Shown here: positions 1 through 7,590 of the stretch, piece by piece
Layout of the letters: each line of letters begins with the position of its first letter
How positions within the stretch are numbered: position 1 is the first letter of the stretch
Source: Armatimonadota bacterium
GTDB taxonomy: Bacteria > Armatimonadota > HRBIN16
NCBI GenBank assembly: GCA_963677485.1
Contig: OY781964.1
Location: 480,001-544,000 of the forward strand
Direction of reading: 5' to 3'
Length of the DNA stretch: 64,000 nucleotides
The notes under the pieces: generated by a model
The model's database searches: none
What the model saw: only the letters and a program-made list of their open reading frames with translations
What the model was told of the DNA's origin: nothing
Translations under genes and position numbers: made by a program

Positions 1-162
1 CATGAACACTGAGAACTTATCGGTTCCGTCTTCAGACTCGAGCATCATGTCATTGCGGTAAGATCCCCGTTCGGCCTTCATTCCACGCTTAGGTTGTTGG
101 CTGATACGTTTCGGACATCCGATTAACCGCACGATATCATCATTGGTGTAATCTGGCATCAT
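1..162 (-). CDS. 5' part of a hypothetical protein, running off the window edge (MMPDYTNDDIVRLIGCPKRISQQPKRGMKAERGSYRNDMMLESEDGTDKFSVFM...)
   Basis: Open frame from ATG at 162 to the window edge with GAGGTG RBS upstream. Read manually; not in the ORF track because it is truncated. Confidence 0.65.
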   Translation of the reverse strand, partial: MMPDYTNDDIVRLIGCPKRISQQPKRGMKAERGSYRNDMMLESEDGTDKFSVFM

Positions 163-267
163 CGCACCTCGGTGGCCATGAATTTAGTAACACAAGAGAC
201 ATAATATCGTATTCCTAGGTAACGAACGAAGTGGGCTACCACGTAACTACCATCACCCCCACCCCTC

Positions 268-2592
268 TCACTCCGTGGTGGTAATCATCGCGCTCCGCCA
301 GATGCCGCCGGGGCCGGCGAGGTTGTTCACCTTGATCGCAATCCGGTTGACGGCATCCGGCTTGTACTTGCCGGCGATATCGACGGCCACCGGCTTGTCC
401 CACACATCGCCAGGGGCGCCGACACTGTGGCCGATCGGCTGGCCATTCAGCCAGCCGTTCCAGCTATCGTCGATCGCCCCAAACAGCAGCCACACATGCT
501 TGGCATTGCTGGCTGGGATGTTCACATCCGTGACATACCAGGCATCACCAAGATACTGGCCCACCCACTGTTTGTCCCAGAACTCCGCCACGGAGATGGG
601 CTTATAGGCTTTGGTATCAGCGGATGGCTCGAACCACCGCTGCGGTTCGCCCTGCTTCTGAGGGTCGGTGCGGAACAGCCACTGGTCAGGAAGCTTCACC
701 AACTGTTTGCCGCTGATCGCGGTAGTGGCCGAAGAGCTCTCCTCTGGCCCCAGTGGTTGCCAGGCCGCCAGGTTGATGGCAAACCCATATTTATGCACCA
801 GCTTATATATCTCCGCTTTGATCTGCGACATCTGAGCCAGCACCTTCAGGTCACCGCTGCCGGAGGCCTCTTTCGCCAGGTAGAATTCTGCAAACAGCAT
901 CGACATCCGGGCGCGCTCCACCCTTGCGAGCTGATCGGGGGTGATCTTCTTCTTTTCAGCCGAGTTCAAGATGCGGTACGAATCTTTGATCATCTTGGGG
1001 GTGTATTTCGGCAGATCGTTCTGCTTCACATGCTTGCTGGGTGATCTGTATACGGCTTCTTGCTGTAGCTCCCAGAACCGCTGCAGGTCCCCAGCGGCCG
1101 CCCCATAAGCGATCGGGCAAAGCTCCTTGAGGTAGCTCTTGTAGTCGGTCTCTAAATCCCACAGCAGTCTGGCGCGGTATCCAAGCGTAACAGGTGCCGC
1201 CTCCATCGAGGTGTCAATTTCGTCGGAGATATATCGCACACCCAGTTTATGCAGTGACCGATAGTAGTCGGCATCGGATTCCCAATAGGCCTGAGGTGTT
1301 TCGACCATGTAGTAGTCCAGGTAGCTGTAGATCGAAGTAGCGGGCGATATCGCCATCCATCGCTTCAGGTCCGACAGACCGCGGCTGTTCTCTGGGCAGG
1401 AGGCGTCCAGGAATTTGTGCTTCGGGCAGTGATACCACATCGTGTATTCGATCATCACGTTGTTTCGCGGGAAGTTCTTGACAGGCAGCGAGCGTGTGGA
1501 GCCATACGCGAAGGTGCCGATCCACTTTCCGGGGTATTTCTGCTCAACCCGCTCTGCAATGATGTTCACCAGATAGAGCCAGCGGTCCGTCATCGGCAGG
1601 TCTTCTTTGCCGCCATTCTTCGACCAGTCAACCGCCACTGGATCGAGCCTTTTGCAGTTATCACACTCACACCAATAACTGGGTTCATCATTAGCGCCAA
1701 CAAAGTATCGTTGAGCCGTGGGATTGGCCGCGAAGTAGTCCATCACGACGTTCACGATGTGATCCACCACGGCTGGATTGCTGATGCATGGGAAGGCGGT
1801 CGTCCCGATGGGATGTAACGCGGTACGAACCCCTTTCACCAGCGAGAACCATTCGGGGTGCTGCGCGAACAGTTCGGCAGGCATCAGGTCGGTCGTGGTG
1901 GTATGGCCCGAGGTCTCTTTCCACTCACCGCCCCGCTGTTCGCCGTAGTCCCATGTGCGCGAATAGCTGGCCTTGAACCTGTTCCACTTGTTCCGCGCGG
2001 CCCATTCCACATAACTCTCCACATCGATATGCTTCGGCTCCTCGCCAGGCTGTGCCGCGACTTGAACGCAGTGCCCGCCCCGCATCAGGAAATCTGGGGT
2101 ATGCAGCAGCTCCAGATTCGGCATATTGATGGGGCCTTTGGCTGGCAGGCATTCGCCATACTGTCCCGGCCACAGCCAGCGACAGCCGATCCGATAGAGC
2201 AGCTCCTGCACAGCATAGTAGGTGCCACGAGGGTCTTTCCCAGCACAGATGATACGGCGTGGGCTGATGCTCAAATACAAACCCTCGGTGCCCAGCTTCG
2301 ACAGTTTGGAATCCAGCTTCTCGGACGCTGGCGCGCAGCCGATGAACAGGCATCGACCCTTTTGTGCCGCACTGGTGATCGCCACCTCACGGCCAGTGAT
2401 GCTCTTGAAGATGCGTTGGAGGTCCTTCGCACTGGCCGTCTGGACGGCATTAGGTGCCTCTCCCACCACGATGGCGACGATGTCACCACCCTTCGCGGGC
2501 ACTTTGCTAGTCGTCTGTGCCATGACCGTGCTGGTGATCCACATCAAGCTGATGACCAGAACACCGATTATCACCCTATCGAACCTCATCAT
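268..2592 (-). CDS. Secreted DUF4838-family putative glycoside hydrolase with C-terminal GH2-type sugar-binding (jelly-roll) domain
   Basis: Signal peptide after MMRFD start (AAGGAG RBS ~2599-2604); 'GTYYAVQELL..IGCRWLWPG', 'HPEWFSL', 'ND...WCECDNC', 'TFAY' motifs; C-terminal 'WLFRTDP...GDAWY...LLFGAIDD...GPGGIWR'. Confidence 0.75.
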   Translation of the reverse strand: MMRFDRVIIGVLVISLMWITSTVMAQTTSKVPAKGGDIVAIVVGEAPNAVQTASAKDLQRIFKSITGREVAITSAAQKGRCLFIGCAPASEKLDSKLSKLGTEGLYLSISPRRIICAGKDPRGTYYAVQELLYRIGCRWLWPGQYGECLPAKGPINMPNLELLHTPDFLMRGGHCVQVAAQPGEEPKHIDVESYVEWAARNKWNRFKASYSRTWDYGEQRGGEWKETSGHTTTTDLMPAELFAQHPEWFSLVKGVRTALHPIGTTAFPCISNPAVVDHIVNVVMDYFAANPTAQRYFVGANDEPSYWCECDNCKRLDPVAVDWSKNGGKEDLPMTDRWLYLVNIIAERVEQKYPGKWIGTFAYGSTRSLPVKNFPRNNVMIEYTMWYHCPKHKFLDASCPENSRGLSDLKRWMAISPATSIYSYLDYYMVETPQAYWESDADYYRSLHKLGVRYISDEIDTSMEAAPVTLGYRARLLWDLETDYKSYLKELCPIAYGAAAGDLQRFWELQQEAVYRSPSKHVKQNDLPKYTPKMIKDSYRILNSAEKKKITPDQLARVERARMSMLFAEFYLAKEASGSGDLKVLAQMSQIKAEIYKLVHKYGFAINLAAWQPLGPEESSSATTAISGKQLVKLPDQWLFRTDPQKQGEPQRWFEPSADTKAYKPISVAEFWDKQWVGQYLGDAWYVTDVNIPASNAKHVWLLFGAIDDSWNGWLNGQPIGHSVGAPGDVWDKPVAVDIAGKYKPDAVNRIAIKVNNLAGPGGIWRSAMITTTE

Positions 2593-2621
2593 ACGTATCT
2601 CCTTATGTGTCGCATAGATTG

Positions 2622-4166
2622 CTATTGCCCTTGCGTTGATGGGGTCAACCGCAAGAACAGAATTTCGTAAGGCCTCATCCACAGTTCATTGGACGCCAGT
2701 GAGCGGGTACTGACTGGCACCTTTCCGGGTATAAACTGGCTGCTGATCCGTGCCTCTTCCGCCAATGTGACCGCCTCGGTGCCTGACACCTTCACCCCCG
2801 CGATTGCCTTCGGGCTCAGGTTGACCAGACAGAGCAGACACGATCCTTGATCTTTGACCGCATAGGCGCTGATCAGCTCGTGCTTCGAACCCGTGACTGC
2901 CACCCCCAGAGTCGGCTTCCCGGCCTGCAAGATCAACACACGAAGCAGCTCATCTATATATTGAGACTGCACAGCCACGGTAGCGTGATCAACACGAGCT
3001 TTTGCCAGATACTGCGTCAGGCCAGCCACCCACATGGCGCCAAACAGCCCCTTGTTGCGGGGGTCAGGCCCAGTTCGCGGGTATGGCGAGTTGATCGTGA
3101 TAGGATCGATGCTGATCTCTGCATCCGGTGCCAACGTGTGCATCGTCCGAACCTGGTCGACGACTGTGGGCAGGTTGTCGATGAAGGTGTCATCATCCCA
3201 CAAATGGAGAACCGGACAGAGTGCCCATGTGAGCGTTTTTGCCTGTTTGTGTTCCGCACCTTTGCCGAGGGTCGTCACAAAAGCCGCGCCAACGCTGCTC
3301 TCGAGGTTCGTTGAACTGCTGAACGCCGGCATCCGTCCACCATCTTCGGTTTTCGAGACCATGACCGTCGTGGGTGTCGATGGTGCAGAGACATGCTCTA
3401 CCGCATCAGTCAACTCTATGGTGAGGGTCGCCGTCTGCTCATCGCCAGCCTTCACATTGGGATACGGGTAGTTGTGCCATCCCAGTGCTTTATACGAGGC
3501 ATCGCCGTATTGCCGCTGGTCTTCCATCCAAAAATGTGAGCCGGTGAGGCTGGTGGTCACGGTCATGCCATCAGCCGTCTTGTAAGCCAGCGAGCTGAAG
3601 GTCTCGGTGATCAGGCCGGGATGCACGTTGACCGGGAATTGGCCGGGTTGCGTAATCCCCTCGCCATCCACAAGCTCATACTTCGTACCGGCAAGTTCAG
3701 GCGTGCCAAACAGCACGTTGATTCCAATCCTTGGTGATGAGAAGTCTTTGTCAGGGCTACCCGTGGCAGTGAATGTGATCTTGCCCGTAGAGCTGCCCAC
3801 AATCCGGCCTTGCCACGAGTATTCAGCCACGGTGTTGGAGCATTTCGCCTTGAAGCTGACATTGAAGGAGTTGCTTGTGCCCTTCACATTCACTGAGGTC
3901 AACACCGGCATGGCTGTATCCCAGTTCGAGTCGCGCACTGCGAAGTAGACCCGTTGGATGATCTGCCGTTCACCCATGCGGATGTGCCGTAGCTCCCCTT
4001 CCAAAAACTCCATAGACAACGGCCCCGCATGAAGCAGCTTGACCCGACTGGGCCCTCTTTCTTCACCAAATAAAGTTATGCTCTGCTCCTGTTGTCGACT
4101 GCTAGCCGACCAGGCAGGGAGACACAGCATGAAAACAAGCATCATGATGGTAGTGATTTGAAGCAA
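2622..4166 (-). CDS. Secreted D-apionate lactonase (ApnL)-like protein
   Basis: Signal peptide; 'AGPLSMEF..GELRHIRMGERQIIQRVYFAVRDSNWDT' and 'MEDQRQYGDASYK' resemble ApnL N-terminal motifs. Confidence 0.55.
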   Translation of the reverse strand: MLQITTIMMLVFMLCLPAWSASSRQQEQSITLFGEERGPSRVKLLHAGPLSMEFLEGELRHIRMGERQIIQRVYFAVRDSNWDTAMPVLTSVNVKGTSNSFNVSFKAKCSNTVAEYSWQGRIVGSSTGKITFTATGSPDKDFSSPRIGINVLFGTPELAGTKYELVDGEGITQPGQFPVNVHPGLITETFSSLAYKTADGMTVTTSLTGSHFWMEDQRQYGDASYKALGWHNYPYPNVKAGDEQTATLTIELTDAVEHVSAPSTPTTVMVSKTEDGGRMPAFSSSTNLESSVGAAFVTTLGKGAEHKQAKTLTWALCPVLHLWDDDTFIDNLPTVVDQVRTMHTLAPDAEISIDPITINSPYPRTGPDPRNKGLFGAMWVAGLTQYLAKARVDHATVAVQSQYIDELLRVLILQAGKPTLGVAVTGSKHELISAYAVKDQGSCLLCLVNLSPKAIAGVKVSGTEAVTLAEEARISSQFIPGKVPVSTRSLASNELWMRPYEILFLRLTPSTQGQ

Positions 4167-4338
4167 TCAGAAACCTCCGTCGCAGTGATCTACTGCCTAC
4201 TGTTAGCTTGCACAAACGCAAGCCGTAATCCTGCAACAACTGACTGTTTGGTCACCATCTGCCGCAGATAAAGGATGTAGGGGTGTCTTTACCGAATACC
4301 ATAATAGATGATAGTGACCGAGTCTCTGGAGGGGTAAC

Positions 4339-7300
4339 ATGAACCGTATTTTCCTCGTCATACTACTGTGTCTGCTGTACACAGGCACCATCGTAACAGC
4401 AAAGGAAATACCTATGGATATATCAGGCCAATGGCAATGTGTTCTGGATGAACAGGACCAGGCCATGAATGCGGTCAATTGGAGCTCTCAAGGTATCAAT
4501 TCTGTCACCCTTCCAGGATCAACAGACACATGGGGGCTTGGTAAACCCGACCAGCCAGGCATCATCAACCGGTTGAGCCGCAAGCACCGGTATGAGGGCG
4601 TGATCTGGCTGCGCCGCACCGTGGTCTTGCCGAATAAGACCAGCGATCAGTTGTTCCAGCTCAGCCTGGAACGAACACACTGGAAAGCGGAAGCATGGAT
4701 CGACAGCACCTACCTTGGTGATGGAGACAGCCTGAGCTGTCCCAACCGGTTTATGATCCCTGAGAACGTCGGAGGCGGTGAGCACACCATCACACTGCGT
4801 ATCGACAATAGAATGATTGTGCCGATTGGTGACTGGGCCCACGCCGTGACCGATGAAACTCAGACCAACTGGAATGGCGCCATCGGCCGCATCGAGATCA
4901 AATGCCTGCCGAAATTGTATATAAACCGTGTATCCGGCAACCTGACCGCTGCGGCTGAAGCCTTCATGCTGAACATAGAAGGCTGCAACGATATGGGCAG
5001 CGAACAAGAAGTGGAGCTGCACATAAGCGGCCGGATGGTGGACAGCAACGACATCAAACTCACGATCCCCAAAGGGGTCTGGAAGCAGCAGATTCCGGTA
5101 ACCACATCACGCCGGTTCAAACTGTGGGATGAATTTTCACCGAACAGTTGCCAACTTGATATCAAACTGACCACTGGTGACATAATCCATACGACCACCT
5201 GGAATGTATTGAATCGTCGTTTCGAAGCGAAAGGGCATCAACTTCTGCTGAATGGCCGTGCGGTTAAGTTGCGGGGTACACTCGACTGCGCCATCTGGCC
5301 CCTCACCGGCTACCCGCCCATGGACAAGCAAAGCTGGAAAACTTACTTGAATGAACTGCGCCGGTATAGCGTCAACCATGTGCGGTTTCATAGCTGGTGT
5401 CCACCTGACGCCGCCTTTCAAGCCGCTGACTCTTTAGGGCTGATACTGCAAATTGAGCTGCCGTTATGGGCAAACTACGGACATGTGGGCGACAACCCCG
5501 TACTCGCGGACTTCATCAAGCGTGAGGCTTCACGGATTCTGCGTGAATATGGCCAACACCCCTCCTTCTGTCTGTTGAGCATGGGCAACGAGCTGGGTGA
5601 CGGTAAAGAGGAATATCTTGATGATTTGATGAACTCCTGCCGTGCTATTGACCCAAACAAGTTGTACACCCGGCAGAGCGGTTTCGGGCTGGATGGCCGC
5701 AGCGATGATTATATGGTCAACGCCGGACTACCCACAGGCGCAATCCGCGGCGGTTTGAGCAGCAGCACGATGGGCGATTTCCATAATCAAATTAAAGACG
5801 TCAGTAAGCCGGTGATCAGCCATGAAATCGGCCAGTACAGCATGTATGCCGACTATACCGAGATACCAAAATACACTGGTGTGTTGCGTGCGGATAATCT
5901 GGTGGCTTTCAAAGAGAGTGCCCAGAAAAACGGTGTTTTGAAACAGTCTCGTGAATTCCTGGAATCAAGCGGGAAATTCGCCTTACTGTTATACAAAGAC
6001 GAGTATGAACAGGCCTTACGAACATCCAACCTTGCCGGATTCCAGTCGCTTGGCCTGCAGGACTTCCCGGGCCAGGGCAGCACGATGGTTGGATTATACA
6101 ATGCGCTGATGGGTAACAAGCAGATCATCACCCCTGCCCAACATCGCGAATTCTTTAGTGCCACAGTTCCGCTCATCAGGTTGCCGAAACGTATATACAG
6201 GACTGGTGAACAGCTTGTTGCTGATGTTGAGCTCAGTCAATATGGTGCCAGCGATATCAACTCCGAGCTTCTGTGGCATTGCGGAACGGCAAGCGGAAGG
6301 TTCGCGGCTACTCACTACGCCACAGGAGAGTTAAGCCACGTCGGCAAGATAACCACCAAGCTGCCAAAATTCGCATCTGCTAAACAGATTGAGATCACGG
6401 TTGAGGACAGTCTTGGCCGTTTCCGTAATGGCTGGAGCATATGGGTCATCCCAAATAAGCAGCCTGATTTACGTATTCCTGAAGGCATCACCGTCACTCA
6501 GAATGTGAGAGAGGCGATGGAAACAGCCCGGTCAGGCCAGCGCGTGCTTCTGTGTTTGCCGGACAATATGGTGAACAGCGAAATCCCTGGGAGCTTCTTT
6601 CCTGTGTTCTGGAACATGAGGTTATTCTCTCAGCAAGCCGGAACCATGGGCATGCTGGTGCAGCACAAGCACCCCGCCTTACGCCTTTTCCCAACCAAAG
6701 AACACAGCGACTGGCAATGGGAGGACCTAAACCTGAAGTCTCGTCCGATGGACATCACCGGTCTTCCGCTTGACCTGAAGCCAATTATACAGGTCATCGA
6801 CGACTTCGGTCGCAACACACGCTTAGCGGACCTGATCGAAGCCAGGCTTGGCAAAGGCCGCATCATCATCTGCAGCATGGACATCTCTTCGGATCTTTCG
6901 ACGCGACCTGCCGCAGCGTTATTGCGTCAGAGCATCCTGGCGTATATGGCCTACGACGTGTTCGAACCAAAAACCGAGATTTCGGCTGAACAGCTGAAAG
7001 CATTGACCAATCTCGATCAAGTCTCACGCTATGTGCAACCCGGGGATCTCGATAAGTCGCTTATCTGGGTGAAAGCCGGGCAGACGGCCCCGATGGGCCA
7101 GAGCATTCCTTGGAGTGCCGAATACGACCAGTCCATGCTGAAAACTCAGGGAAGCGGGTATACATGGTCCGGGGCGCATTTATGGCGTGACAATGTGGGT
7201 GCCAGCTGGCATGGCACTGATATGGCACTCAAGATCGATGTGCCTGCAGAAACTAAAGGGGTGCTTTGGCTGCATCTGCATGACTGGAACGCACAGTCGC

Positions 7301-7485
7301 GCAAATGTCACATCTTCATCGAAGGACGCGATTGCGGTTCGTTCAGCCGCCAGACCGGCAACGGGCTGTGGGTCAGCCTGCCATTCACAGAGCAGGATAG
7401 CGCAGACAAAAAGCTTGAGGTCTGGGTGCGCGCCGAATCCGGTCCGAATGCCCAGGTGACTCAGTTCGCGGTGATTCCTGAGTAG
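4339..7485 (+). CDS. Secreted glycoside hydrolase family 2 protein with extra C-terminal domains
   Basis: Signal peptide; 'DISGQW', 'NWNGAIGRIE', 'LLLNGRAVKLRG', 'NHVRFHSWCPP', acid/base 'GNE', nucleophile region 'SHEIGQ'. Confidence 0.85.
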   Translation: MNRIFLVILLCLLYTGTIVTAKEIPMDISGQWQCVLDEQDQAMNAVNWSSQGINSVTLPGSTDTWGLGKPDQPGIINRLSRKHRYEGVIWLRRTVVLPNKTSDQLFQLSLERTHWKAEAWIDSTYLGDGDSLSCPNRFMIPENVGGGEHTITLRIDNRMIVPIGDWAHAVTDETQTNWNGAIGRIEIKCLPKLYINRVSGNLTAAAEAFMLNIEGCNDMGSEQEVELHISGRMVDSNDIKLTIPKGVWKQQIPVTTSRRFKLWDEFSPNSCQLDIKLTTGDIIHTTTWNVLNRRFEAKGHQLLLNGRAVKLRGTLDCAIWPLTGYPPMDKQSWKTYLNELRRYSVNHVRFHSWCPPDAAFQAADSLGLILQIELPLWANYGHVGDNPVLADFIKREASRILREYGQHPSFCLLSMGNELGDGKEEYLDDLMNSCRAIDPNKLYTRQSGFGLDGRSDDYMVNAGLPTGAIRGGLSSSTMGDFHNQIKDVSKPVISHEIGQYSMYADYTEIPKYTGVLRADNLVAFKESAQKNGVLKQSREFLESSGKFALLLYKDEYEQALRTSNLAGFQSLGLQDFPGQGSTMVGLYNALMGNKQIITPAQHREFFSATVPLIRLPKRIYRTGEQLVADVELSQYGASDINSELLWHCGTASGRFAATHYATGELSHVGKITTKLPKFASAKQIEITVEDSLGRFRNGWSIWVIPNKQPDLRIPEGITVTQNVREAMETARSGQRVLLCLPDNMVNSEIPGSFFPVFWNMRLFSQQAGTMGMLVQHKHPALRLFPTKEHSDWQWEDLNLKSRPMDITGLPLDLKPIIQVIDDFGRNTRLADLIEARLGKGRIIICSMDISSDLSTRPAAALLRQSILAYMAYDVFEPKTEISAEQLKALTNLDQVSRYVQPGDLDKSLIWVKAGQTAPMGQSIPWSAEYDQSMLKTQGSGYTWSGAHLWRDNVGASWHGTDMALKIDVPAETKGVLWLHLHDWNAQSRKCHIFIEGRDCGSFSRQTGNGLWVSLPFTEQDSADKKLEVWVRAESGPNAQVTQFAVIPE

Positions 7486-7590
7486 GCCGTCATCAGCCAT
7501 GCCCCTGATGGACGAAACGCCCTTCGTACGGATGGAGCGTGCCGTGGGGGTTCAGTTACCGAAGTCTCATAGAATCAAGGAGAACGACCT

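Noticed and set aside
7488-7520. Hammerhead ribozyme-like CTGATG..GAAAC
   Set aside because: It lacks the CUGANGA consensus and stem II. A simple hairpin (CGTCATCAG/CTGATGGACG) explains it.
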